A stretch of DNA of 64,000 nucleotides from Eledone cirrhosa (lineage: Eukaryota), in NCBI GenBank assembly GCA_964016885.1, contig OZ024764.1:8680001-8744000 (forward strand). The letters run 5' to 3'. The notes beneath the pieces are model-generated. The model saw nothing but the letters and a program-made list of their open reading frames with translations. It searched no databases and was not told the origin of the DNA. The position numbers and the translations under genes were made by a program. Every line of letters starts with the position of its first letter. Positions within the stretch are counted from its first letter, which is position 1. Positions 26,888-42,055 of the stretch are shown here, piece after piece.

Positions 26888-29668
26888 GTGTAACTTTGTT
26901 GAAATAACTATTTACTGGGACAAATGTAGGGTTAGAAGACAGGGACATTGTGTAACTTTGGAGAGAAATAACTATTTACAGGGACAAATGTAGGGTTAGA
27001 AGACAGGGACATTGTGTAACTTTGGAGAGAAATAACTATTTACAGGGACAAATGTAGGGTTAGAAGACAGGGACATTGTGTAACTTTGGAGAGAAATAAC
27101 TATTTACAGGGACAAATGTAGGGTTAGAAGCCAGGACCTTGTGTAACTTTGGAGAGAAATAACTATTTACAGGGACAAATGTAGGGTTAGAAGACAGGGA
27201 CATTGTGTAACTTTGGGGAGAAATAACTATTTACAGGGACAAATGTAGGGTTAGAAGACAGGGACATTGAGTAACTTTGGGGAGAAATAACTATTTACAG
27301 GGACAAATGTAGGGTTAGAACTCAGGACCTTGAGTAACTTTGGGGAGAAATAACTATTTACAGGGACAAATGTAGGGTTAGAAGACAGGGACATTGTGTA
27401 ACTTTGGGGAGAAATAACTATTTACAGGGACAAATGTAGGGTTAGAAGCCAGGACATTGTGTAACTTTGGAGAGAAATAACTATTTACAGGGACAAATGT
27501 AGGGTTAGAAGCCAGGACATTGTGTAACTTTGGGGAGAAATAACTATTTACAGGGACAAATGTAGGGTTAGAAGACAGGGACATTGAGTAACTTTGGGGA
27601 GAAATAACTATTTACAGGGACAAATGTAGGGTTAGAAGCCAGGACATTGTGTAACTTTGGAGAGAAATAACTCTTTACAGGGACAAATGTAGGGTTAGAA
27701 GACAGGGACATTGTGTAACTTTGGGGAGAAATAACTATTTACTGGGACAAATGTAGGGTTAGAAGCCAGGACCTTTAGTAACTTTGTTGAAATAACTATT
27801 TACAGGGACAAATGTAGGGTTAGAACCCAGGACCTTGAGTAACTTTGGAGAGAAATAACTATTTACTGGGACAAATGTAGGGTTAGAAACCAGGACCTTG
27901 AGTAACTTTGGAGAGAAATAACTATTTACTGGGACAAATGTAGGGTTAGAAGCCAGGACCTTGAGTAACTTTGGAGAGAAATAACTATTTACAGGGACAA
28001 ATGTAGGGTTAGAACTCGGGACCTTGAGTAACTTTGGGGAGAAATAACTATTTACAGGGACAAATGTAGGGTTAGAACCCTGGACCTTGAGTAACTTTGG
28101 AGAGAAATAACTATTTACAGGGACAAATGTAGGGTTAGAACCCTGGACCTTGAGTAACTTTGGAGAGAAATAACTATTTACAGGGACAAATGTAGGGTTA
28201 GAACCCTGGACCTTGAGTAACTTTGGAGAGAAATAACTATTTACAGGGACAAATGTAGGGTTAGAACCCTGGACCTTGAGTAACTTTGGGGAGAAATAAC
28301 TATTTACAGGGACAAATGTAGGGTTAGAAGCCAGGACCTTGAGTAACTTTGGAGAGAAATAACTATTTACAGGGACAAATGTAGGGTTAGAAGACAGGGA
28401 CATTGTGTAACTTTGGGGAGAAATAACTATTTACAGGGACAAATGTAGGGTTAGAAGCCAGGACCTTGAGTAACTTTGGGGAGAAATAACTATTTACAGG
28501 GACAAATGTAGGGTTAGAACTCGGGACCTTGAGTAACTTTGGAGATACATAACTATTTACAGGGACAAATGTTGGGTTAGAAGCCAGGACCTTGAGTAAC
28601 TTTGGGGAGAAATAACTATTTACAGGGACAAATGTAGGGTTAGAAGCCAGGACCTTGAGTAACTTTGGGGAGAAATAACTATTTACAGGGACAAATGTAG
28701 GGTTAGAAGCCGGGACCTTGAGTAACTTTGGGGAGAAATAACTATTTACAGGGACAAATGTAGGGTTAGAACCCTGGACCTTGAGTAACTTTGGAGATAA
28801 ATAACTATTTACAGGGACAAATGTAGGGTTAGAAGCCGGGACCTTGAGTAACTTTGGGGAGAAATAACTATTTACAGGGACAAATGTAGGGTTAGAACCC
28901 GGGACCTTGAGTAACTTTGGGGAGAAATAACTATTTACAGGGACAAATGTAGGGTTAGAAGCCAGGACATTGTGTAACTTTGGGGAGAAATAACTATTTA
29001 CAGGGACAAATGTAGGGTTAGAAGCCAGGGACCTTGAGTAACTTTGGAGATAAATAACTATTTACAGGGACAAATGTAGGGTTAGAAGACAGGGACATTG
29101 TGTAACTTTGGAGAGAAATAACTATTTACAGGGACAAATGTAGGGTTAGAAGACAGGGACATTGTGTAACTTTGGGGCGAAATAACTATTTACAGGGACA
29201 AATGTAGGGTTAGAAGCCAGGACCTTGAGTAACTTTGGGGAGAAATAACTATTTACAGGGACAAATGTAGGGTTAGAACCCTGGACCTTGAGTAACTTTG
29301 GAGAGAAATAACTATTTACAGGGACAAATGTAGGGTTAGAACCCGGGACCTTGTGTAACTTTGGAGAGAAATAACTATTTACAGGGACAAATGTAGGGTT
29401 AGAAGCCAGGACCTTGAGTAACTTTGGGGAGAAATAACTATTTACAGGGACAACTGTAGGGTTAGAAGCCGGGACCTTGAGTAACTTTGGGGAGAAATAA
29501 CTATTTACAGGGACAAATGTAGGGTTAGAAGCCAGGACCTTGAGTAACTTTGGGGAGAAATAACTATTTACAGGGACAAATGTAGGGTTAGAAGCCAGGA
29601 CCTTGAGTAACTTTGGGGAGAAATAACTATTTACAGGGACAAATGTAGGGTTAGAAGCCAGGAACTTG
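26888..29668. repeat. 63/64-bp minisatellite, about 44 copies
   Basis: Unit gtaactttggagagaaataactatttacagggacaaatgtagggttagaag(a/c)cagg(g)ac(a/c)ttg(t/a). Confidence 0.97.
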
Positions 29669-29857
29669 TGATTGGAAACGGAAGTTCTTATTGTTGCAAC
29701 ATGATGAACACAGGAAATTCATTGTATATACAATATATAAACAAGCTTCCGGTTATCGAATCAACCGGAAATTTATAATAAATTGAAGTGAAACCAACAG
29801 GTGCGTGTGTTTTTATTGGCAACATGACCCTCCCAAAGTATAACAATATATATAAAC

Positions 29858-29901
<44 letters not shown>

Positions 29902-29984
29902 GTGTATATATATATATATATATATATATTTATAAGTATACATAGATACACACACACATATATATAGATATATGAAATAAATAT

Positions 29985-31630
29985 AATAAAATAATTATGG
30001 TTTTATAAATATAGTTTCCATTTATTAATATAATGTATATATATATTCTTACACAAAAACATATATATACACATATATATACATATATTTATATTCTTAT
30101 ACACACATATATATACACATATATATATATACATATATTTATATTCTTATACACACATATATACACATATATATATATACACATATATATACATATATTT
30201 ATATTCTTATACACACATATATATACATATATATATATATATACATATATTTATATACATATACATACATATATATATATATATACATATAAAATAATTA
30301 TGTTTTATAAATATAGTTTCCATTTATTAATATATTGTATAGATATATATATATTCTTACACAAAAGCATATATATACACATATATATATATATACATAT
30401 ATTTATATTCTTTCACACACATATATATACATATATATATACATATATTTTTATACATACATATATATACACATATAAAATAATTATGGATTTATAAATA
30501 TAGTTTCCATTTATTAATATAATGTATATATATATTCTTACACAAAAACATATATATACACATATATATATACATATATTTATATTCTTATACACACATA
30601 TATATACACATATATTTATATTCTTATACAAACATATATATACATATGTATATATACATATATTATATACATATACATACATATATATATATACATATAA
30701 AATAATTATGGTTTTATAAATATAGAGTCCATTTATTAATATATTGTACAGATATATATATATTCTTACACAAAAGCATATATATACACATATATATATA
30801 TACATATATTTATATTCTTACACACACATATATATAGATATATATATATACATATATTTATAGACATATATATACATATATATATATATATATACATATA
30901 AAATAATTAAGGTTTTATAAATATAGTTTCAATTTATTAATATATTGTATATATATATATATATTCTTACACAAAAGCATATATATATACACATATATAT
31001 ATATACATATATTTATATTCTTACACACATATATATATACATATATATATATACATATATATATACATATATTTATATTCTTACACACACATATATATAG
31101 ATATATATATACATATATTTATAGACATATATATACATATATATATATATATATACATATAAAATAATTAAGGTTTTATAAATATAGTTTCAATTTATTA
31201 ATATATTGTATATATATATATATATTCTTACACAAAAGCATATATATATACACATATATATATACATATATTTATATTCTTATACACACATATATATACA
31301 CATATATATATACATATATTTATATTCTTACACACACATATATATACATATATATATATATATACATATATTTATATACATATACATACATATATATATA
31401 TATACATATAAAATAATTATGGTTTTATAAATATAGTTTCCATTTATTAATATATTGTACAGATATATATATATTCTTACACAAAAGCATATATATACAC
31501 ATATATATATACATATACATATATTTATATTCTTATACACACAGATATATACACATATATATATACATATATTTATATTCTAACACACATATATATACAT
31601 ATATATATACATATATTTATATACATATAC
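29985..31630. repeat. Irregular tandem repeat (7 units, about 190-300 bp) made of a family A tail segment plus TA/CA microsatellite
   Basis: ataaaataattatggttttataaatatagtttccatttattaata recurs at about 29986, 30289, 30475, 30696, 30898, 31159 and 31398. Confidence 0.85.
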
Positions 31631-31686
31631 ATATATAATATTAACAATATGAAGAAATGGAAAATATCTTTATAAAACCATATTTA

Positions 31687-31743
31687 TATTAGTATACGTA
31701 TTTCAAGAGTACTAATATTTAAGTACTCTTTCGTCAGATAAAA
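31687..31743 (-). ncRNA. Type I hammerhead motif (family A relic)
   Basis: Minus strand: CTGACGA-AAGAGTACT..AGTACTCTT-GAAAT-ACGT-ATA; stem I is degraded. Confidence 0.55.
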
Positions 31744-31749
31744 TATAAT

Positions 31750-31862
31750 TGTTTCTACGTTTGGCACAAGGCCAGCAACTACCCAGTGCATTACTGGTAC
31801 TTTATTTTATCGACCCCGTAAGGATGAAAGGCAAAGTTAACCTCGGCGGGATTTGAACTCAT
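31750..31862 (-). mobile_element. SINE family 1, 5'-truncated
   Basis: Matches the other family 1 copies. Confidence 0.85.
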
Positions 31863-32090
31863 ATCTTTTCATATCTTCATGTGAACTTAATGGTATAACC
31901 TCATATATATGTATATATATATACACACACACACATATATATATTAATATACACCTTTATATATATATATATATATGTAGGAGGTGAGTTTTATTGTAGT
32001 ACAATAAAGCAATGCAGATATCGGATAAGATATGTTGATTTAAAACTGCACTATCCACAAGTGTTTTTTAGCCTTCATATCATGTCCTCC

Positions 32091-32161
32091 TATTTTATCT
32101 GATGAAAACACAAATGTTATTGCATGATGATATTTGTTTTTGAAATGCGCATAATAAAATA
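32091..32161 (+). ncRNA. Type I hammerhead motif
   Basis: TATTTTAT-CTGATGA-AAACACAAATGTTATT gcat GATGATATTTGTTTTT-GAAAT-GCGC-ATA-ATAAAATA; perfect 8-bp stem I; the 3' half also occurs at about 5710-5760. Confidence 0.82.
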
Positions 32162-32409
32162 CATGGAACTCCTTTAACCATCTTTTGATCTTATATATTA
32201 TATATATATATATATATATGTACATGTTCATGTATATATATATATATATATATGTTTGTATATGTATATGCATATATATATTTATAAGTATATACGTATA
32301 TATATATATTTAAGTACACATACATATATGTATATATATATATACAGACACTCACACACTCACACATATATATATATATTTAATAATATACATATATATA
32401 TCTATATAT

Positions 32410-32439
<30 letters not shown>

Positions 32440-32452
<13 letters not shown>

Positions 32453-32635
32453 CAAATATATATAAATATATATACACTTATATACATGCAGATACACACA
32501 CACATATACATATATATATACAAATATATATAAATATATATACACTTATATACATGCAGATACACACACACACACATATATATAGAAATATATACAAATA
32601 TATATAAATATATATACACTTATATACATGCAGAT

Positions 32636-32668
<33 letters not shown>

Positions 32669-32709
32669 CAAATATATATAAATATATATACACTTATATA
32701 CATGCAGAT

Positions 32710-32740
<31 letters not shown>

Positions 32741-32781
32741 CAAACATATATAAATATATATACACTTATATACATGCAGAT

Positions 32782-32812
<31 letters not shown>

Positions 32813-33411
32813 CAAATATATATAAATATATATACACTTATATACATGCAGATACACACACACATATACATATATATATATACAAATATATATAAATATA
32901 TATACACTTATATACATGCAGATACACACACACATATATATAGAAATATATACAAATATATATAAATATATATACACTTATATACATGCAGATACACACA
33001 TATATATATATATATATATACAAACATATATAAATATATATACACTTATATACATGCAGATACACACACATATATATATATATACAAACATATATAAATA
33101 TATATACACTTATATACATGCAGATACACACACACATATACATATATATATACAAATATATATAAATATATATACACTTATATACATGCAGATACACACA
33201 GACACACATATATATATATATATATACAAATATATATAAATATATATACACTTATATACATGCAGATACACACAGACACACATATATATATATATATACA
33301 AACATATATAAATATATATACACTTATATACATGCAGATACACACACGCACACATATATATATATATATACAAACATATATAAATATATATACACTTATA
33401 TACATGCAGAT

Positions 33412-33444
<33 letters not shown>

Positions 33445-34005
33445 CAAACATATATAAATATATATACACTTATATACATGCAGATACACACACACATATA
33501 CATATATATATATACAAATATATATAAATATATATACACTTATATACATGCAGATACACACACACACACATATATATAGAAATATATACAAATATATATA
33601 AATATATATACACTTATATACATGCAGATACACACAGACACACATATATATATATATATACAAACATATATAAATATATATACACTTATATACATGCAGA
33701 TACACACACATATATATATATATATATACAAACATATATAAATATATATACACTTATATACATGCAGATACACACACACATATACATATATATATATACA
33801 AATATATATAAATATATATACACTTATATACATGCAGATACACACACACACACATATATATATAAATATATACAAATATATATAAATATATATACACTTA
33901 TATACATGCAGACACACACACACACACATATATATATTTATATACAAACATATATAAATATATATACACTTATATACATGCAGATACACACACATATATA
34001 TATAT
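32440..34005. repeat. About 70-bp higher-order repeat of compound microsatellite, roughly 23 copies
   Basis: tacaaatatatataaatatatatacacttatatacatgcagatacacac recurs. Confidence 0.9.
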
Positions 34006-34214
34006 ATCGTATCAACTGGACTACTCATCGCCTTGAGCGACGGAGTGCCACTAACTGCCATTCACTAGACAACACGTGACAAACATACTCTTTTTGTTGT
34101 TGTCGATATTTTGTTCTGTAATTTGTTCCTGCTAATCCATGCCAAGAGATCGATAATTGCCCTGGTGATTTCCAATCAGGTCGTAAAACACCTCATATCA
34201 ACTGGTTATACCAC

Positions 34215-35157
34215 CTGATGGTGATGGTGTGGTGTGTAGTGGTGGTGGTGGTGGTGGTGGTGGTGGTGGTGGTGGTGTGTAGTGGTGGTGGTGGTGGTGG
34301 TGGTGGTATTGGTGGTGGTGGTGGTGGTGGTGTGTAGTGGTGGTGGTGGTGGTGGATGTGTTGTTGGTGGTGGTGGTGATGGTTGTGTTGTTGTTGGTGG
34401 TGGTGGTGTTGGTGGTGGTGGTGGTATTGGTGGTGTTGGTGGTGGTGTTGGTGGTGGTGGTGTTGGTGGTGTTGGTGATGGTGGTATTGGTGGTGGTGGT
34501 GTTGGTGGTGGTGGTGGTGGTGGTGGTGGATGTGGTTTGGTGGTGGTGTTGTTGGTGGTATTGGTTTGGTGGTGGTGGTGGTGGTGGTGGTGGTGTGTAG
34601 TGGTGCTGGTGGTGGTGGTGGATGTGGTTTGGTGGTGGTGTGTAGTGGTGGTGGTGTTGTTGGTTGTGGTGGTGATGGTTGTGTTGTTGTTGGTGGTGGT
34701 GGTGTTGGTGGTGGTGTTGGTGGTGGTGGTGGTGTTGGTGGTATTGGTGGTGGTGGTGGTGGTGGTATTGGTGGTGTAGGTGGTGGTGTTGGTGGTGGTG
34801 GTGGTGTTGGTGGTGTTGTTGGTGGTGGTGTTGGTGGTGTTGGTGGTGTTGGTGGTGGTGGTGGTGGTGGTGGTGTTGGTGGTGGTGGTGGTGGTGTTGG
34901 TGGTGGTGTTGGTGGTGGTGGTGGTGTTGGTGGTGGTGTTGGTGGTGTTGGTGGTGTTGGTGTTGGTGGTATTGGTTTGGTGGTGTTGGTGGTGGTGGTG
35001 TTGGTGATGGTGGTATTGGTGGTGGTGGTGGTGGTGTTGGTGGTGTTGGTGTTGGTGGCGTTGTTGCTGTTGTTGTTGTTGGTGGTGTTGGTAGTGGTGT
35101 TGGCGGTGGTGTTGGTGGTGTTGGCGGTGGTGGTGGTGTTGGTGTTGGTGGTGGGGT
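34215..35157. repeat. (GGT)n low-complexity tract
   Basis: Direct inspection. Confidence 0.95.
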
Positions 35158-35441
35158 AATGTTGTATATAACCTTATATACACAATTCTTCTCTAAATAT
35201 AAAAACATTGAATTTATTTTGCAAGGTTTTTGATATGAAATCGTGTGTTGAAACAAATATTGTTATCTTTGGGGAGGGTCATATTGTTAAAATATTGCCA
35301 CACGCACACAAACGCATGCGCAAACAGAGCCAACAATAAATAAATCAATAAAATAGAATAAGAAAACATTACAGCAATAGAACAGGAAGAAACATAATAA
35401 TATCACTGATGGTGTCACAGGTGTGTGACAAAAGAACTCTG

Positions 35442-35485
<44 letters not shown>

Positions 35486-35537
35486 TAAAAGGATCCGCTA
35501 AGGTGAAACAATTGTTCTCGGTATGGTGAACTAACTG

Positions 35538-35572
<35 letters not shown>

Positions 35573-35639
35573 ACGTAAAATAAGAAAATATTTTTTTTAA
35601 AAAAATTTAAAAAAAAATTTTTTTCTTACTTAAATTTTC

Positions 35640-35721
35640 ACTCCAACTAATTAGTTTCTGCAATGGGATAAAGACAGTTATGTAATCCAACTGTCGAGAA
35701 TTCATTGCGTCATCAGGAAGT
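35640..35721 (-). ncRNA. Type I hammerhead motif
   Basis: Minus strand: ACTTC-CTGATGA-cGCAATG...GACAGTT..AACTGTC...CATTGCa-GAAAC-TAATTA-GTT-GGAGT. Confidence 0.7.
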
Positions 35722-35813
35722 CTATTCTCAGTTAAGTCTCCAGGCAATGCGCGGACACTGGCGGCTCATATAAAAATAATAATAATTCGGTAGATCGAAC
35801 AGCTTGCGAGGAC

Positions 35814-35873
<60 letters not shown>

Positions 35874-35880
35874 TATATAC

Positions 35881-35946
<66 letters not shown>

Positions 35947-36093
35947 AAAGTATATATTGAGCTTGAAATTCAGAATATATTGAATTAGAAACTCAGAGTA
36001 GTGCCTTATAATTGAAATAGCTCAAGGAAAAAGATTTTCCGGGCCGTGTAATATCATTTAATATAATAAAGAGAGATAAATACATATATATGT

Positions 36094-36310
36094 GCAGGCG
36101 TGTGGCTGAGCGGTTAGAGAATTGGATTCGCAATCGTGAGGTTGTGAGTTCGATTCCTGGACCGGGCGATGCGTTATGTCCTTGAGCAAGACACTTTATT
36201 TCACGTTGCTCCTTCTACCTGGAGTTGCGACCGATAGATAGTATTAGCAATTGGAAAGACCAACGGAAACATTGTTTCCTCGGTCCGATTTGACGAAAGT
36301 CAATCGATTT
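36094..36310 (+). mobile_element. tRNA-derived SINE family 2 (CORE-like centre)
   Basis: A-box tggctgagcgg, B-box gagttcgattcc, then gtccttgagcaagacacttt. Confidence 0.85.
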
Positions 36311-36426
36311 TCTATACATATATGCGTTCAACATTTTTAGCAGAATATGTTTTACGGGACATGCTAGTCTCTGGATGCCCCGTGTGTTACATTTAGTGTT
36401 CTAAGAAAGGGCCTGCTAATTTTTTT

Positions 36427-36498
36427 ACATCCACTGAAGAGCAATAGAATAGTAAGTCCCTCACTTGATGCGAAACAGTTTTACCAAAGTCTGGATGT
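36427..36498 (+). ncRNA. Type I hammerhead motif with a GUC cleavage triplet
   Basis: ACATCCA-CTGAAGA-GCA...TGC-GAAAC-agttttaccaaa-GTC-TGGATGT; perfect 7-bp stem I. Confidence 0.72.
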
Positions 36499-36590
36499 TT
36501 GATAGTTATCACAATCGGTTTGTATTTTTACTTATTCATTTTTACTTATTCATTCTTTTAATGGTCCCTTATAATTTTGAACACACACAC

Positions 36591-36693
<103 letters not shown>

Positions 36694-36768
36694 CAAAATT
36701 ATATATATATATATATATATATACTTATATATTATAAATAACAAGGAATCAGTAATGCATCAATCTAC

Positions 36769-36823
<55 letters not shown>

Positions 36824-37032
36824 CAGTTGGAAAAATATAAATTCAGGCTGTTCGGTTTGTTGACAAACAAACGAACAAAGCGGCCGGCGTTATAATAAAC
36901 GTCGGCTAAACTGATGCGTGCATATATGTATGTGTACCTGTATGCATGTGTGTATATATATGTATATATATATATATATGCATGCTACTGTACGTCTGTA
37001 TACATATATGTATGTACGTATACATACATACT

Positions 37033-37096
<64 letters not shown>

Positions 37097-37099
<3 letters not shown>

Positions 37100-37171
37100 C
37101 CTTGTCTGACGAGACGAATGCGGACGTTTCTTGTATTCGTCTTAATCGGGAAACCTCTGGTAATGAGGTAA
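37097..37171 (+). ncRNA. Type I hammerhead motif with an irregular stem II base
   Basis: TTGCCTTGT-CTGACGA-GACGAATGC..GTATTCGTC ttaatcgg-GAAAC-ctctg-GTA-ATGAGGTAA. Confidence 0.55.
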
Positions 37172-37354
37172 TTATATTGTATTGTTTATTATACATTATA
37201 TATACATATATATACACATATATACATATACATACATTATATATATATATTGCGTCGTCAATATACACATACACAGTATGAAATTTGTAGAAATTTGTAG
37301 GAAAAAAAACAACAAATTTCTACAAATTTCATACTTGACGAGCAAACATATATA

Positions 37355-37455
<101 letters not shown>

Positions 37456-37464
37456 GTATATATG

Positions 37465-37594
<130 letters not shown>

Positions 37595-37845
37595 ATAGTC
37601 AAGTATGAAATTTGTAGAAAAAAAACAAATTTCTACAAATTTCATACTTGACGAGCAAACATATATATATATATACAAAGTATGTGTATGTGTTTAGATA
37701 TGTGTGTGTACATACGTGTATGTATGTGTGTGTGTGTGTGTGTGTGTAATGTATCTATATCACTTTCGTCTCCTGCTATCACCTAGAAGTGTACATTACA
37801 GCCAACAGATGTCACTATTGTCTCACACAGGTATATACAATATCT

Positions 37846-37906
<61 letters not shown>

Positions 37907-37912
37907 TATACG

Positions 37913-37957
<45 letters not shown>

Positions 37958-37972
37958 GTATGTATATATATG

Positions 37973-38004
<32 letters not shown>

Positions 38005-38229
38005 CGTATAAACATATATATACATATATGTTTATACATATATATATATATGTATTGATTTTTGATTGTACCTATTAATATAAATGTAATCTCGAAGTGT
38101 GTACTGCCACTCTAAATTCTGTAATGAATGTTGACCCACAATGTTTGAATATGTATCAATGTTTGAATATGTATTGGTGTGTCTATCGGCTGAAGGGGAG
38201 GTCATATAACTGTCCATGCATTAATAAAT

Positions 38230-38276
38230 TGCTCCGAAGAATCCAAACCTCGGTTAGGAGGAAACAGCTGTAAGCA
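38230..38276 (+). ncRNA. Type I hammerhead motif, CCGAAGA core
   Basis: TGCT-CCGAAGA-aTCCaAACC tc GGTTaGGAg-GAAAC-AGCT-GTA-AGCA. Confidence 0.6.
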
Positions 38277-38307
38277 CAATAATGTTTTGAACAGTTCTTT
38301 GATTCTT

Positions 38308-38340
<33 letters not shown>

Positions 38341-38341
38341 C

Positions 38342-38623
<282 letters not shown>

Positions 38624-38753
38624 TACATATATATATGTACATATATATATATATATATATATACACATAGGAACCAGTAAGACCCCGACAGCTGAGCTCA
38701 AGCCGTTTCGACGGCTAATTCTGGTTCCTTACCACATTTCCTTCGTTATATAT

Positions 38754-38818
<65 letters not shown>

Positions 38819-39007
38819 CATATATATGTATATATACGTTATTCCGGGTTGAATCGGAGGTAACCACAGTAAGTAAGGTACTCAATACATAGCAGAGTAT
38901 AAAAGTTTTAATATAGATGAGATTCTACAGGACTAGAACTGTTTCATTCTTTAGTGTTTGAAGAATGAATCAGTTCTAGTCCTGTAGAATCTCATCTATA
39001 TTAAAAC

Positions 39008-39085
<78 letters not shown>

Positions 39086-39116
39086 CATATATACATATAT
39101 ATATATATATACATAT

Positions 39117-39151
<35 letters not shown>

Positions 39152-39191
39152 GGAACCAGTAAGACCCCGACAGCTGAGCTCAAGCCGTTTC

Positions 39192-39264
<73 letters not shown>

Positions 39265-39583
39265 CAAAATTAAGTTAAATTAAGGGTGTCATGTCAGAGA
39301 GACATGCGCCATATCAACCGTAAAATATGCTCAAAGATTCCAATGAATAGATCCGAGCATTTTATATCAACTAGAAATTGATTTTCATATAAACATATGA
39401 AACAATCACAGGGGATAATTTGTATATATATATATATATATACAATCATTGAATATTTACTCCAGGAAGTTGTTGAGTGCTCTAAATCAGTTACAAACAT
39501 TTATATTTATATTTGTTGGATAAATCAGTTATAAACATTTATATTTATATTTGTCGGATTTCCAACAAATTAAATATCCCTTC

Positions 39584-39620
<37 letters not shown>

Positions 39621-39663
39621 GATATATTAACAAATGGAAACTATATTTATAAAACCATATTTA

Positions 39664-39724
39664 TTTCATAATACATATTTCAAGGACACCAAGTTAAATT
39701 ATGGTGTGCTTTCATCAGATAAAA
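39664..39724 (-). ncRNA. Type I hammerhead motif
   Basis: Minus strand: TTTTAT-CTGATGA-AAGCACACCA..TGGTGTCCTT-GAAAT-ATGT-ATT-ATGAAA. Confidence 0.72.
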
Positions 39725-39774
39725 TATAATATAGATCAGTTTTATAAATAAATATTGACATACCCTTAAATAAT

Positions 39775-39958
39775 TGTTTCTACTTTAGGCACAAGGCCAG
39801 CAATTACCCCAGTGCATTACTGGTACTTTATTTTATCGACCCCGTAAGGATGAAAGGCAAAGTTAACCTCGGTGGGATTTGAACTCAGACCGCAAAGGGA
39901 CGTAACTATGCTGGACAGTATGGCGTCCGACCCTCTACCGATACTGCCAAGCCACCAC
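39775..39958 (-). mobile_element. Full-length SINE family 1 with an 18-bp target-site duplication
   Basis: GACATACCCTTAAATAAT at 39757-39774 and 39959-39976. Confidence 0.92.
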
Positions 39959-40097
39959 GACATACCCTTAAATAATGCGACCATTTCGGGAGCTTCCAAC
40001 AGAAATGGTCGCATTCTTTAAGGTTATGTCAATATTTATTTATAAAACTGATCTATATATTTATATATATATATATGTATGTATATCTATATATATA

Positions 40098-40167
<70 letters not shown>

Positions 40168-40396
40168 CATATATATATATATATATAAAAATAATTATAT
40201 ATATAGATATACTTACATATATATATATATAAATAATTATATATATAGATATACATACATATATATATAAATAATTATATATATATATATAAATAATTAT
40301 ATATATATATTTATATATATATATATATATATACACACATGTTATCACAAGACATTTGAGAGAGACGGAGGCAGTGACAATGGTGGTCTGCTACCA

Positions 40397-40577
40397 TTGG
40401 CAGTATCGGTAGAGGGTCGAACGCCATGCTTTGACGCAGAGAGTTACGGCCCTTGCCATACTGAGTTCAAATCCCGCCGAGGTTAACTTTGCTTTTCATC
40501 CTTACGGGGTCGATAAAATAAAGTACCAGTAATACACTGGGTAATTGATGGCCTTGTGCCTAAAGTAGAAACAATTA
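40397..40577 (+). mobile_element. SINE family 1
   Basis: A/B boxes and the conserved centre. Confidence 0.88.
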
Positions 40578-40784
40578 TGTTCAGACATATTCATTTAGGA
40601 GGTGAGATCTATGTATTTCCTATAAATGTTGATGTGTGTTGAGTTTCCTGCTATATCAAGCGTTACACTAATATATTTTTGCATTGTACTGTGTCGTCTG
40701 CGTTGCTATTTCTGTTTATCTTAAGATAGATAGATAGAAATATATAAGTTCTTCAATTTACAGCGAAATGTGTACATATATATG

Positions 40785-40852
<68 letters not shown>

Positions 40853-40963
40853 GGAGGTGAGTTTTATTGTAGTACAATAAAGCAATGCAGATATCGGATA
40901 AGAAGCACTCTACAGTTTGTAGGACTGGAGTATATATATATATATATATAAATATATATATAT

Positions 40964-41028
<65 letters not shown>

Positions 41029-41046
41029 TATATATATATATATACA

Positions 41047-41079
<33 letters not shown>

Positions 41080-41185
41080 GTATACATATGTGTGTATATA
41101 TATATATATGTACACATATATATATATGTATGTATACATATATATATGTACATATATATATATATATATACACATATACATGTAC

Positions 41186-41218
<33 letters not shown>

Positions 41219-41263
41219 TGTACACATATATATATATATACACACATATATATATATATACAC

Positions 41264-41296
<33 letters not shown>

Positions 41297-41759
41297 TATA
41301 TATATATAAATATATGTATATATATACATATATATATATGTACATATATATATATATACGTATACATATATATACGTATACACACACACATATTTATACG
41401 TATACACATACACATATTTATACGTATACACATACACACATATATATATATATATACATATAAATATTTACCTATATATATATTATATACATACATACAC
41501 ACATATATATTATATACATACATACACACATATATATATATATATATATATATGCATATGCATATATTTATATATATATACATATATATATACATATAAA
41601 ATATACTTAGATATATACATACATACATACATATACATATATATACATATATATATATACATATATATACATTTATAAATAAATATACATATATAAATAT
41701 AAATATATATATATAAGTATATATATACATATATACACACAGATATATATATATATATT

Positions 41760-41791
<32 letters not shown>

Positions 41792-41850
41792 TATACATAT
41801 ATACATATATATATATATATACATATATATACATATATACATATATATAC

Positions 41851-41925
<75 letters not shown>

Positions 41926-42011
41926 CACATATATATATATATATACATATATACATATAGATATATTTATATTTATATATATTTATATCTATCTATATAT
42001 ATATATATATA

Positions 42012-42055
<44 letters not shown>

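Larger units (their letters stand above)
39620..40056. mobile_element. Family A fold-back element with a nested SINE
   Basis: HHR at 39664-39724 (-); apex hairpin gcgaccatttc/gaaatggtcgc at about 39977-40012. Confidence 0.8.

Noticed and set aside
26888-29668. CRISPR-like regular repeats, and a telomere-like tagggttag in the unit
   Set aside because: The units are contiguous with no unique spacers, there are no cas genes, the context is eukaryotic, and there is no true (TTAGGG)n run.
36094-36170. tRNA gene
   Set aside because: The A/B boxes continue into a SINE body found in several copies, and there is no complete cloverleaf.
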